Counted from the first letter of the stretch, positions 40,575 through 53,518 are shown. The stretch: 64,000 nucleotides of DNA from Octopus sinensis (GCF_006345805.1 NC_043001.1:96906001-96970000), one strand, 5' to 3'. Numbers and translations: made by a program. The notes: a model not told the origin generated them from the letters alone.

Positions 40575-40750
40575 AAATTATGGCTGCCCCCTCGTTTTCG
40601 AGTATGGCCATTGCACGAAGCTTAACTGTTACTGGTGCTGTGATCGAATGTGACTTTTTAGCCCAGCTAACGATCTACAATGTCTTGTACAAAATTGGCA
40701 ACTAAAACCTTTACTGGTAATAACCGACTGTAGTTGTAACTGAGCTCCTC
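40575..40750 (-). mobile_element. RTE-like LINE 3' end with C-terminal C2H2-type motif
   Basis: FSCQFCTRHCRSLAGLKSHIRSQHQ* followed by a short UTR, embedded between (TACA)n tracts. Confidence 0.55.
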
Positions 40751-42222
40751 CTACATACATACATACATACATACATACATACATAAATACATACATACAT
40801 ACATACATACATACATACATACATACATACATACAGGCATGCATGCATACATGCATATATACATACATACGTACATTCATAGAGATAGAAGACTTCTCAA
40901 AACCAGAAAGCTGATTGGAAGACTACAGATCCAGTCCATCATTAGAACTGTAAAAATCTGTAGAACCTTTCAGTCGCTTATCATTTAAGTTTATAGGAGC
41001 ATGTCTAGATATGTATGTATATGCAAAAGAAGACATACATAAAAGAAACAGAACTTACAGATCTGCACGTATACATACACACAAAAATACACCGTTGTTG
41101 ATGCTGAAATTCCAAAGAAGGTACCATGGATCTGGCTTAGAAACCGACTCTTTCTCTATTGGCAAGAAATCTTGAAATGAAACAGAATAATGGCATATAC
41201 ACAAACATTTATTCATTCATTCATACATACATACATACATACACATACACACACCGACATATATATATATGTATATATATGTACATATAAACATATACAT
41301 GTGTATATATATATTCATACATACGTACACATACCCACGTAAGTACATACACATACATATACTTAAACACACATAATTCATACAGATACATATAATGACA
41401 TAAATGTAAATGTACATCCATGCATAGATTTGCAGACATATCCGCATATTGATTTCTCAGTGTTGCTTTTTTTTTTCATACTCTAACTCCTTCTTCCTAT
41501 CTCATCCCATTCGCAAAGGCACACACACACAAACACACATATAGAAACATACAAGTGCACACAAATACACACAGAGAACACAAAGCACACACACGTACAC
41601 GAAGAGAAATATCCAACTCTGCATACATATTTGTACACTACCTCGGTGATGGGGAAGAAAAAAATGTACTTAAATCTATCGAACATTATACTTGGTTAAA
41701 TCTACACAGTATAATATATTTACATCCTTCTCACTATTATAGTGTCAATACATCTATAATCTGAAGTTTTTTTGTTTTTGGTTTTGCTTTCCTCTTTAGA
41801 ACTGGCTGTCAATAAATAGATTATAAATTCCTCGCAAGTTTTCAAAAGGAATCCATACCATTCTTATTCCAGTGTGATAAATAACGGTTTGTTAAAGTTG
41901 ATGCAGCTTCGAAAACCATTCAAGTATTTAAAATCCAAAGTGAAATGTTTGCTAAGAAATAGGTTTATGAAAGTAAAGTAACTATCTATTAACTGAATTA
42001 AACAAAATAGACACAACAGAACTTCTTCGCGCTTCAGACGAATATATTTAACAAAGCGTTTATATATTATTCTCCTTCCCCTCCTTCTTCGCTCTCTTCC
42101 TCCCCACCCGTTTCTTTCTGCTCTTACACACATACACACACACATATATATATACATATTTATATTTGCATAAATGTATATATAAATGAAGCATGTTTAT
42201 ATATATATATATATATATATAT

Positions 42223-42357
42223 AGGCGCAGGAGTGGCTGTGCGGCAAGTAGCTTGCTTACCAACCACATGGTTCTGAGTGGCACCTTGGGCAAGTGTCTT
42301 CTACTATAGCCTTGTGAGTGGATTTGGTAGACAGAAACTGAAAGAAGCCTGTCGTAT
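42223..42357 (+). mobile_element. SINE family A, 5' half (3' half at 44460-44668)
   Basis: Ends at the central (TA)n. The matching 3' half resumes after the Penelope insertion. Confidence 0.85.
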
Positions 42358-42427
42358 ATATATATATATAGTAGTAACAGAAAAGAGAATTTCGGTTGTC
42401 CCCACGTGGTGGATTGTAACGTAAATA

Positions 42428-42660
42428 TATTTCGTTACTACCCACAAGGGGCTTAAACACAGAGGGGACAAACAAGGACAGACAAAGGGACTAAGTCGAC
42501 TACATCGACCCCAGTGCGTAACTGGTATTTAATTTATCGACCCCGAAAGGATGAAAGGCAAAGTCGACCTCGGCGGAATTTGAACTCGGAACGTAACGAA
42601 AGACGAAATACGGCTACGAATTTCGCCCGGCTGCTAACGTTTCTACCAGCTCGCCGCCTT
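42428..42660 (-). mobile_element. SINE family B, full length
   Basis: Near-consensus copy. Confidence 0.9.
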
Positions 42661-42730
42661 ATAGTAATGTATATAAGACAAATAAAAACGGAAAATACGC
42701 ACACTTACATGGTTATAGTATAATATTTAA

Positions 42731-42767
42731 TGTATCGACCGGTTTCACAATCGCTATTCATGATACA
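42731..42767 (-). ncRNA. Minimal type I hammerhead-like motif, A3-U8 variant (sense pLTR copy)
   Basis: TGTATC-ATGAATA-GC(GATT)GT-GAA-ACCGGT-C-GATACA. Confidence 0.6.
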
Positions 42768-43034
42768 AAGTTTAATTTATATGAAAATATATATTTTCTT
42801 AAGAAGAAAATGGGTCCATGTTGTTTATAATGAGATTCACGAATGAATGATTTTACAAGTTGACAAGTAAAGGGAAGTAATTGGTTGTTATTATTGTTAT
42901 TGTTGTCTGTAAGGGAGATAACTGTTTAGGTTTCGGGTGGGGAAAATATGTGTACAGAAAGGAGGCAGGTTTAAAAAAAAGGGGGGCCTTGTTTAGTAGG
43001 GGATTTATGTAATATGTAAAAATATAAAAATTGG

Positions 43035-43499
43035 TTATGCGTGCTTATTCAGACGCATTTTGTATTTTTCAATGAAAAAAGTTTCTTTATTTAAGCGTTC
43101 TAGTTGAGAGATTGTGTCTTTGCACTGGTGGAAAGGGAAGACTGTAAAATTTGGTTTGATGTTACCTGCACATTTTTCTATGTGTTCACTAAGAGGGATT
43201 TGTGTGTATTGCGGGAAACGGATTTGCTCCTTATGCAGAGTAATTCTCTTCCTCAAAATTAAACTCGTTTGTCCAATGTACAGATGACTGCAACCCGAGC
43301 AGGTTATTACATAAATTAGGTTCTCAGAGGCACAGGTGAAACTAGTTTTAATTGTGAACCTCTGTCCTTGTTTGAAAAGGAAGTCCGAGCCTTCAAGCAG
43401 ATGGGGGCAGGTTATACAGTTCGGGCGTCCAGATTTTTTAACCCTTGGTTTCGTTGTTGTTTTGTAAAGCTTCCCATTTGTTAGTAGTCTCTTTAGCAA
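43035..43499 (-). pseudogene. PLE GIY-YIG endonuclease domain (154-aa open frame)
   Basis: LIYVITC...YIGQT...R...H GIY-YIG motif with upstream CxxC. Confidence 0.85.
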
Positions 43500-44284
43500 T
43501 TTGTCTTGTTTTTTGCATTTGACGAGTTTGTGCTTTCAGGATGTCGTTCATTTTTGGATCTCTAGTTAGTAAAGGGAGAGTTTGCACAATAGTGTTGAAT
43601 TCCTCACTGTTTCTGGGGCTGTGCGTTGATATAAAAAGTAATGTTTTGGTTTGAGGTGTGGTGCTGTGTTTTTTTGTTCTTAGTGTTTTTGTGTCTAATT
43701 GTTTGGCACGTTTAATTTCCTCGTCGATAAGAGAGGGTGGATATTGTCTTTCAATAAGTGTTGTTTTGAGGTCTTGAAGACGAAGGTCCCGAGTTGTTCT
43801 ATCAGACACTATTGTGCAGATCCTTTTTGCTAAGTTAAAAGGAATGTTTATTTTTATGTGTTTCGGGTGGCATGAGTTAAAAAGAAGATATTGTTTCGCG
43901 TCAGTTGGTTTATAATAAATGTCAGTTATGATTTCATTGTTGACTTTTTTTTATCATGATGTCTAAAAAAGGAAGTTGTCTTTATTATATTCCATTGTGA
44001 ATTGAATGTTACTATTTATGTCATTTAGTGTTGTTTTGAAATCCAAAAGTTTGTCGATGCTCCCCTTCCAGATGATAAAACAGTCATCCAAGTATCGCTT
44101 CCAATTTTCTCTTATGTAGAGGTAAAATGGGTAACCATATTTCTGAAGTGATACTTCATATAAGGTGAATTCAAAATAGCCCATTATTAGATTCTGTAAA
44201 ATCATTCAATCTTGAATCTCATTATAAACAACATGGACCCATTGTCTTCTGAAGAAAAAATATATTTTCATATAAATTAAACAT

Positions 44285-44321
44285 TGTATCATGAATAGCG
44301 ATTGCGAAACCGGTCGATACA
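44285..44321 (+). ncRNA. Minimal type I hammerhead-like motif, A3-U8 variant (inverted pLTR copy)
   Basis: TGTATC-ATGAATA-GC(GATT)GC-GAA-ACCGGT-C-GATACA: 6-bp stem I, palindromic stem III, GUC triplet. Confidence 0.65.
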
Positions 44322-44374
44322 TTAAAAATTATATTATAACCATGTAAGTGTGCGTATTTTCCGTTTTTATTTTT

Positions 44375-44417
<43 letters not shown>

Positions 44418-44459
44418 ATATATAAATGTGCGTGTGTGTGTGTGTGTGTGCGTAGATGT

Positions 44460-44668
44460 TTGTGTGTCTGTGTTTGTCCCCACAGCATCGCTTGACAACC
44501 GATGCTGGCGTGTTTACGTCCCTGTAACTTAGCATTTCGGCAAAAGGGACCGATGGAATAAGTACTAGGCTTACAAAGAATAAGTCCTTTGGTCGATATG
44601 CTCGACTAAAGGCGGTGCTCCAGCACGGATGCTGTCAAATGACTGAAACAAGTAAAAGAGAGTAAAAG
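44460..44668 (+). mobile_element. SINE family A, 3' half
   Basis: TTTGTCCCCACAGCATCGCTTGACAACC...GACTGAAACAAGTAAAAGAG. Confidence 0.85.
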
Positions 44669-44699
<31 letters not shown>

Positions 44700-45293
44700 T
44701 ATATTTATGCATTTATGTTTGTACACACACACGCACGCACACACACAAACATTCTTGTTGCTTACTGGATGCTACTACCATAGCATTCAGACAGCGTGAG
44801 AGAAAGAGAGAGGAAGGAAGAATCTGTGGAATTCAGAGAAGAGAATCATTTCTTTTTTTTTTTCAAATGTTTGAAATGGAAAATGTTTTTTTCCAATCGG
44901 TCGAATGAAACGCAAAAGGAAGAGCGTCCATGTTTTTTTTCACAAGATCCTTTTATTATTAACAGAATATCCGATTATAGTCACATTTTGGCTTTAATAA
45001 GTCTCGTCAGCATACACACACACACACATACACACACAAAAACACAATCATACACACACACACACCATATATATAAAGAGAAATGTTTAGGAGCGGTGAA
45101 ACTCGAAATGCATGAAACTATGTATAAATAAATATGTGTGTGTGAGTGTGTCTGAGAGTGAGTGCGTGCACACATATTCAGAACTTCTCATGTGTACATA
45201 CATACATATATACATATGTACACAAATACATACATACATACCTACCTACATACATACATACATACATACATACATACATACATACATACATAC

Positions 45294-45343
<50 letters not shown>

Positions 45344-45403
45344 GTGTGTGTGTATCTAGTCCCACCTCTGTGCACGCTCATTACAAATCAGTCGGTTCGA
45401 AGA

Positions 45404-45820
45404 CGGCGAGCTGGCAGAAACGTTAGCATGCCGGGCGAAATGCATCGCGGTATTTTGTCTACCGTTACGTTCTGAGTTCTAATTCCGCCGAGGTTGACTT
45501 TTCCTTTCACCCTTTCGGGGTCGATAAATTAAGTACCAGTTACGCACTGAGGTCGATGTAATCGACTTAATGCCTTTGTCTGTCTTTGTGTCCCCCCTCT
45601 ATGTTTATAAGGAAATAAGAAACGTTAGCACGCCGGGCGAAATGCTTAGCAGTATTTCGTCTGTCTTTACGTTCTGAGTTCAAATTCCGCCAAGGTCGAC
45701 TTTGCCTTTCATCATTTCGGGGTCGATAAATTAAGTACCAGTTGCGTAATGGGGTTGAACTAATCGAGTGACCGGCTCCCCCAAAATTTCGGGCCTTGTG
45801 CATAGAGTAGAAAAAAGAAA
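45404..45820 (+). mobile_element. Head-to-tail dimer of SINE family B (long tail, then short CCCCAAAATTTCGGGCC tail)
   Basis: Junction GGAAATAAG|AAACGTTAGCACGCC near 45620. Confidence 0.85.
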
Positions 45821-46224
45821 TTATTGGTACAAGCCAATATATCGAATATTGATGCTAATAATATTTACAAAGTAACCCAAAATAATTTGAATCCAAAATG
45901 AACTGAAATTCCTCTAATACAGGAACGCAGACAAAAGGAACGTTAAGAAAACATAACATACTCTAAGAGAAGCCGCTTTCATGTTATGATGACGTGAGTA
46001 GATAACGATAGAATAAAAAAATAAACATGGAAATTGTACGCCACAACACTTAGTTATATTAGCAATTTATACACCCCTGCTACAAAAAAAGAAAACGAAC
46101 GATTATAGGTAGGGCTTTATTTTCTATTGAAATATTTAAATGATTTTCTCCATTTACAACAACATTTCAACATCAGACTGGTTCTAGAATTTAATAATCT
46201 TAATCTTGAAGTAATTATATAGTA

Positions 46225-46860
46225 CAATACTTCCACTGAACATTACATTTAAATTTACCTGTATAGTAACAAAGAACGTAACTGATAATGGACCACTTTA
46301 AGCAATATTAAAATGTTCCTGTCCCGTAAATCCCAAATGCATCTACTAAGATTCGTAGAATTACATTTTCTTCGAAGCTCAAATAAAGAAGAATGGTTAT
46401 GCAATCTACATTTCGAAAGTGAAGCAAAATAACCTATGTAATAATACGTGATATTCACTGCAACTACCTTACATAGATATACTATATTCTTCGGTATACA
46501 CTCATTTTGTAAAGGTCACATAATTTTGTATCTGAAATTAGAAAGGTGTTTATTTAATTGCGTAGCAGATTTGGTTAAAGGAATTAGCACTAATTCTCCC
46601 ATAATGTTAAACCAGGATTATTAGCAGTATTATAATTAATATTATTACTAAGTGTTATCTTAAAGGTACTGTCAATTTCACTTAAAGTACGAAAAACATG
46701 TTCAGGTAAATAATCATTAAAGATTACCTCACAATTGATGCTATCGTTTCTACTCCTGTTGACTAATTTTGAGTTGAGATATCGTCTAATTTTGCTTATG
46801 CTTTGTGCTACTATAAATTTACCCAACTTTTTGGTGGTTCAATGGAAAGATTTTACTTCT
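46225..46860 (-). mobile_element. Second-family Penelope-like element relic (GIY-YIG)
   Basis: PLQNECIPKNS, YYIGY...RLHNHSSLF...NSTNLSRCIWDLRDRNI and KWSIISY occur in order across frameshifts. Confidence 0.7.
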
Positions 46861-46939
46861 TCGTAATTATATAATTGACTATATTTATTATATTCAGTGC
46901 AGTAAAATATTTCCAAGGGATAATATTAGTTTCATAATT

Positions 46940-47135
46940 TGTCACAACGCCAGCAATTTGGCGCGGGGGATAAGTTGGTTACATCGATCCAGTACTTGAC
47001 TGGTATTTATTTTATCGACGCCCGAAGAATGAAAGATTAATTTGAACCTGGTGGAATTTAAATTCGAGTCCAAAATCGGGAGGAATACCACCAAGCATTA
47101 TTCTTTGCTGCTAAAGATTCTGCCAGTTTGCTGTG
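46940..47135 (-). mobile_element. Diverged SINE family B
   Basis: ACTGGTATTTATTTTATCGACGCCCGAAG...GGAATTTAAATTC...GATTCTGCCAG. Confidence 0.6.
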
Positions 47136-47225
47136 TTCTTACAGAGGAATAATATTAGTTATGTAGGATACAAAAGATGCTGTATATCAGGCAATATTCA
47201 TTGATTTAGCCTTCCTACTATTTAC

Positions 47226-47267
<42 letters not shown>

Positions 47268-47972
47268 TGGGAAAGTAGGAAAGGAAGAGCAAATCGATAA
47301 TAACGGGGAAAATCAAATCTATAAAAAATTCAGCTGACCAAACGACATTCACAGGTCAACTTTGAAAAAAAAAAGGAAGGGAAAAGAAAACATTGGAGGA
47401 ATATATTATCGAGTAAAATTAAAATGGCAATCTTGGGGCTAGAAGTGTTCGTGATTTATAATGTTTTCTGGAGACAGTTTAAATGTGTACTTAAAATATG
47501 AAATAAACTATGAGTGTATTTGAGTTCAAATGTTTGCTTAAAATATGAAATAATCTATAAATAAAGAGCGAAATTGAATTGAGCAGATTCAAATTAATAC
47601 ATTTCCAAAGCAAGGTCTGTTTCATATTTATTAATCAACATAAAATTCTTGAAATGTATCAAACTATACTATGCATACAGTGTAATGTTTCTAGGATGAA
47701 CATGATTGTATCTAACAGAGAGGATTATAACTTAATACATTTGTAAAGGAAGGTGCGTTTAATCGTTACTCATCCAATTAAAAGAATTAAACAAAATAAC
47801 TCTTTTTAACATCTCGTTTTGGGATTTGGTTTGCAAGATTCTTTATGTGCGTTCGTGTGTTGAAGTATATTCTGTTGTGTCTTGGGAGACTCATTCTCTT
47901 TTGGTGCCTTAAAATTTAACACATTCACCGGTAAAATTTCCACTTATTTCTTTTTTATATTTTTCGTTGCGT

Positions 47973-48053
47973 CTAGCAATTTTCGTTGCGTCTTGCAGCT
48001 TTTTCAATAGTCAAAACTATTGAAAACTTTGCAAGACGCAACGAAAATGTTAG
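47973..48053. repeat. Tail-to-tail 34-bp hairpin, each arm carrying a degenerate hammerhead-like motif (U3-A8)
   Basis: Arms 47978-48011 and 48016-48048 (3 internal mismatches, loop CAAA). Each reads CTA-TTGAAAA-..TGC(AAGAC)GCAAC-GAAAAT..-TAG. Confidence 0.55.
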
Positions 48054-48096
48054 AAAGCTGTAATTTTAGAAAACTGAAAAAGATGATTTCTCAAGT

Positions 48097-50710
48097 ACTG
48101 TCGGAGGACTTCGGTCTATGCTAGTAGACAAAAGCATGCTTTCAAGGAAGTGAAAGCGATGTGCCTGTATTTAAATCCAACAGAAAATATTGTTCGTGGC
48201 AATTGAAATCGTAAATGAAGAATTGGACAGACTGGAAAAGAGTGGAAGCACCAAACAAGGTGGATTACAGTAAATGGGCGGCGTCCACGGTGGGCATTAA
48301 AAAGAAAAATAATAAGATTACGCTGTGTGCCGATTTCTCTACAGGATTGAACGACTAAAAGACATGCCACCACCCAATCCAGACTCCAGCGGGCATTGTC
48401 ACAAAATTAAATGGTGGAAAACTTTTGTCCAAATTGGATTTGTATGACGATTCTTTACAGATTAAATTAAATGACACATGCTCAATGTATCTAACAATGA
48501 ATACACACTGTGGATTGTACAGACATACCGAGTTACATTTTGGATCGAATGTTGCACTGGCAATATTTCAGCTAGTCATGGACGCAATGTTATTTGATTG
48601 TGAATTTGCAATCCCTTATTTGGATGATATATTAGGAGTAATTAGCGTGGATAGCATGTGGAGCATATAAAAGCTGTGCTGAAGAAAAATTAAGGAGTAT
48701 GGGTTCACTTCAGTGAAGAAAATGGGAATTTTTTTGCTTCAAATTAGGTACTTAGAGCAAATACTTGATGAAAATGGAAGACGGCCTGACCCGTCAAGGC
48801 CGTACATAGTAGAGAATATGCCTGCTCCAACAAATATACCAACATTACAATCGTATCTTGGGCTAGGAAACTACTACTACCAAAACTACATTCCTAACAT
48901 GCACAAATTAAGAGCTTCATTGAATGACTTATGAAAAACGGAAGTAAAGTGGAATTAATCGTTTAAATGCCAAAACGCGTTTAAAGAAATTTAAAAATTC
49001 TAATAACAGATTTGTCTCTAGCGCATTTTGATTCTGAAATAGACTTTGTGTGTAGCGTCTGATGCTTGGAGTGTGGAATAGGAGCAGTTTTGTTACACAC
49101 GTATAAAGATGGAAGTACGGAACCGCTATCACTGGTTCCGTACTTCCATCTTTATACTTGTGATAGCGCTCGCTGATAGCGGCAAAGAAAAAATACAGTC
49201 ATATAGAAAACGAAGCCCTATCGATTATCTTTATTGCAAAACTTTTCCACAGGTTTCGACATGGTAGAAGTTTTCTTTTGCAAACAGATCACCGACAATT
49301 GTTATCAATTTATGGGTCAAAGAAAAGTTTACCTAACCATACCGCGAACCGACTACAACATTATGGTATAAAATTAGTAAATTACAATTTCAAAATACAG
49401 TATATTCGAACGGAAAAATTTGGTCATATGGACTGTCTATCGAGACTAATTCCCCAAAACACGGAACACTAGAAGTTACTGTGATAGCTGCGCTGCAGGC
49501 AGAGAATGAAATTAGAAGTATTATGTCCAATGTTATCCAAGATCTGCCAGTGACTGTACATGATATAAGAAATAAATTTTCAAGCGATGAGTATATTACG
49601 AAAACGAAAGAGCCTTGAAAAAATAAGATGAAGAAATATACAAATTCGAGCAGTTTCTCAATATGCAACGATATTCTGGTGTATTCGCAAAGGGTTGTAG
49701 TACCGACTACATTACAAAAACGTGTATTGCAGCGACTACTCATCGGACACCCGGAAATGTCGAAGATGAAACCTCTGATGAGGAGCTACGTCTATTGGGC
49801 AACTATGAACGGCAATATCAAACATTGGGTGAGAGCTTATCGAGGTTGCGCGCTCGCGGCCAAATATCAATCGTGGCCGGAGACTGAGAACCCATTGTTT
49901 CGGTTACGTATCAATTATGCCTGACCGGTGAACAGTGTTTACTATCTAATCATGGTAGATAATTGTACGAAGTAGCCAGAGGTATGCAGATGCAATAAAC
50001 CAACAGCTAAAACAACTATACACTTCCTATATGAATTTTTTGTGCGATACTGTGTGCCAGACACGTTAGTTTCTGATAACCGAACGCAATTGTCGGAGTA
50101 CGAATTCAAGAACTTCTGCAAAATGCATGCGATAAAATATATTTTCACTCCACCCTACCAACCGAGGTCAAATTGGCAGGTAGTAAGATTCGTAGACACG
50201 TTCAAAAGAGTATTAAGTAAAGTTGGAAACGAATTAAGTATCGACGAGGCACTAACAAAATTCTTAAGGATATATAGAGTAACCCCCAATCCCATTGCAA
50301 ATGCAGGAATCTCACCTGCACAGTTGATGTTTGCGAGAAGAATAAAATCGATTTTATTGCAAGAGAAGATGTAAAAGAAATTCGAAAGATGCAACGAAAT
50401 ATTTTGAAATAATACATAAAGTGCATTTTAAAACTTACACAAATGGTAAAGAAGGCTGAGAGGATGGTATTGAAACCAAAAATTTGGAAGTATGATGTAT
50501 CAAATTAAAGGACCACGCTGGGGACATATGATACACATAAATCAACGAAAGAAAAGATATAACGAAGTACGGAGAGAATTTCCTATGGAAGTATTTTTTG
50601 ATGTATTCGATGTCCCAGTACCAAAACTAATACGGGTCCCGTAGAACTAGCATTAAAAACGGAAGCAGACCGAACACTTTGAGATAAGGCCCAAGCGAAA
50701 TAGGTACCAA
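48097..50710 (+). mobile_element. Gypsy/Ty3 LTR retrotransposon pol, decayed
   Basis: RT (LCADFSTGLND, SKLDL, PYLDDIL, YLEQILDENGRRPDP), RNase H (VASDA..GIGAVL, TDHRQLLSIYG) and integrase (H..HP..SKMK.LMRSYVYW, PDTLVSDNRTQ, PPYQPRSNWQVVRFVDTFK) in Gypsy order, with many stops and frameshifts. Confidence 0.9.
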
Positions 50711-50968
50711 AGAATAATAATAAATAAAATTTCTTTATTCCTTCGGAACTCGAAATCTCAAAAGATGAGAATAGACGGGACGGCTACATATAAATATTAG
50801 CAGTCTGACGTATTCGGCAGTTCGTAGTTTGATCTTCGAAACCCATTTACAGTTTACAGTTCGAGTTAGTGTTTTGTAAATATTAATTGTTGATTGGTTA
50901 CACGTTAGTGACTGACGCTGTTTGCATTTCGCATTGTTATAGCACTACGATATTGGAGGCGTAAGGAC

Positions 50969-51042
<74 letters not shown>

Positions 51043-53361
51043 TCTAATTAAAAGTAGCTCTCAGAATGTAAACATTATCGGTCATATGTATTTAGTGTAT
51101 GTGTTGTCTTTATACACCACATTGCTGTGGTATCGCCTTCAGAAAAAGTGCCCTACACGACACAAACCATCTAAGTAATGAGCGGTGTAATTCATATCAG
51201 CCAAAATTATCTTAGTAATAGATAATACAAAAATGGAATGAATCTTCAAAACCGCTTTAATCATTCATAGTGTAATACTAAGTGTAAACATTGTTCCATC
51301 GAGGGGTTAACAAATATGAAATTTATTTTAATCATTCCATCATTGTTCAGTTCATTTCCTGCTTCAATGACCACTGTATCGCGTTTCTTTGTGTTGAGAT
51401 TAAGCATATTTATGCTGATGGTTGTTCGAAGTATTTAATCCAAGCCGTACAAAATAGCCTGTAATCAAACTTATCATCGTACTTTTAGTTAAATCCAAAG
51501 TATTTTTATCTAAATCAGTTTTCCAACCTTTTCACTCTTGTAGCGCTTCTGAAAGATTATTATTAAATTATGTATCTTTATCAATCTTTTCCTTTCACAG
51601 TCATCATTTAAAATTTAGTAAGATATTAAGCATGTAACAAAACTGTATCCCTCAGATTACCGCAAATAATGTTTAGGAAATTTCGTGTTAACCCTGTACA
51701 CCAAATTCCTCTACACATTGTTCATTATGCCTTTATTTTCTTGTATCATGTCCTTATTATATACTGATATCAATAGTTGCCTCCCTAAGGGAATTTTCAA
51801 TGCATGCGTAAATAAATGTATAGTTTTGAAATTAAATACGACGTAACTCAAAATGTTCTTGCATACAATTTGCTTCTTTATCTCTATTTCTCGCGGAAAC
51901 CTTAGTGACCCCTAGAGAAATATAGTTGAAAACTCAGATTTAAGGAATCACTCCTTCGATCGATTAGTTTCTCGTGAAATGGATGCATAACGTCATTCCT
52001 TAGATGCGAATGTTTATAGTTTGGGTTAGTATTTAAAATACCAAAATGATTAAAGTATAAGCCATATGTCACAAATATAAAACTAAGTAGGCCGAAAAGC
52101 TGAATTGCCATGAAATCTATGTTAAATCATCGACGGAAATTCGATTTAGATTGCAATTAATACCAGATGTTTATCCTTTCTCATGTAGACTTCGGAAGTA
52201 TTAGCTGAACATGCTTTTCAAGAATTTCGTTTAAGGCTCAATAGAGATTAGTTTTCAAGCAAGAAGCTGTCACTTCATTTGGATAACGTAACCCCTTGGT
52301 TGAGCTAAATGCTGAATTTATAAAATACCAAACCAGCCAGCACATTATGAAGAAAATTTGTTTAGATAATTGATGTAAAGGAAAATAATTTCTCATATCG
52401 AAATTTCTTCATATCAATAATTTTATAGTTAAAATGCTTTCATTTCCAACAGAAATCCCCACATTAGTATCGCAAATGCCTGAAATCTCAAGAGATCTTT
52501 CTTCAAATATGCAAGTTTTAAATCTCCAAGGGTGTTTACTACGTTATAATTCACATACATCTGTTATCAGAAGACATATTAACGATTGTAAATCATTAAT
52601 AATTCCACGTTAGAAAATCCAGAAGCCCGCTTGTCTAGGCCAAAGATAGGAATTTAATCTGCATGAATACATTTGAATGACAGATATCTGCACTTTATCT
52701 CCAAAGAGTTTTAATACATCCACTTGTTATTACTAGCATTCAATCCTCTGCTCCCATCATCTCTTTATGTATTTGTATTTAATTCTTTCGCATTCTGTTT
52801 CAATCAGTCACTTTTATTCTTTTCCTCTGCTTCTATCTCCCAATATTTATATTACTTATCTATTCTCTCCCTCTCGTTCTTCCTACTTCACACATAGACA
52901 CATGTTTCTGATTATTTCTATGGTTTTAATTGTAGGACTCTCATATCCTCTTTGCTTTCGGACTCTAAATATTCTACTCTTTACAACATTCGCTCCCTCC
53001 ATTATCTCTTTATATCATTGTACCGCTTTAACACAATACACTTCTATTCTATCCCTGTTCTTGATTTCAAACCTGCTTAGTAAGCACGTTGATTTCTTTT
53101 ATTGTAAAGACAGCAATGATAAAGTGGCGGCGATGAAGTGCCAAGGTTCCTCTTGAAATGGATTTGATTTGCATTTCCTTCATGGATGTTGTTCCACGTC
53201 GACGCAGGTTGTCTAAATAAGAAGCTAATTTATACAACATTTAGAAATTGAAAGAAAAATGGTAGCTGCGATGTAACATTAACCAAACTAAGAAGGATTA
53301 TTGCCTCAGGTGCTTAATAATACATAATACACACCCAAAAATGACTTTATTTATTATTTTC

Positions 53362-53518
53362 TACTCTAGGCGCCAAGTCCGAAATTTTGGGGGAAGGGAC
53401 CAGTCGATTAGATCGACCTCAGTACGCAACTGGTACTTAATTTATCGACCCCGAAAAACAAATTCGACCTCGGCAGAATTTGAACTCGGAAGGTAAAGAC
53501 AGACGAAATACCGCTTAG
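53362..53518 (-). mobile_element. SINE family B (short tail), 5'-truncated
   Basis: CCGAAATTTTGGGGGAAGGGACCAGTCGATT...GAATTTGAACTC...GACGAAATACCGC. Confidence 0.85.

Larger units (their letters stand above)
42670..44382 (-). mobile_element. Penelope-like retroelement, 5'-truncated, with inverted partial pLTR
   Basis: RT WKRYLDDCFIIW (RYLDD at 44084-44098), thumb region, and GIY-YIG endonuclease (PNCITCPHL...NLIYVITCSGCSHLYIGQT...RITLH) in three frameshifted ORFs. 188-bp inverted repeats at 42670-42857 and 44195-44382. Confidence 0.9.

Noticed and set aside
50740-50970. Possible 3' LTR of the Gypsy element
   Set aside because: No partner LTR upstream, and no clear polypurine tract or TG..CA boundaries could be identified.
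52767-53156. 129-aa plus-strand ORF rich in S/L/F/I
   Set aside because: Pyrimidine-rich low-complexity DNA with no recognisable domain.
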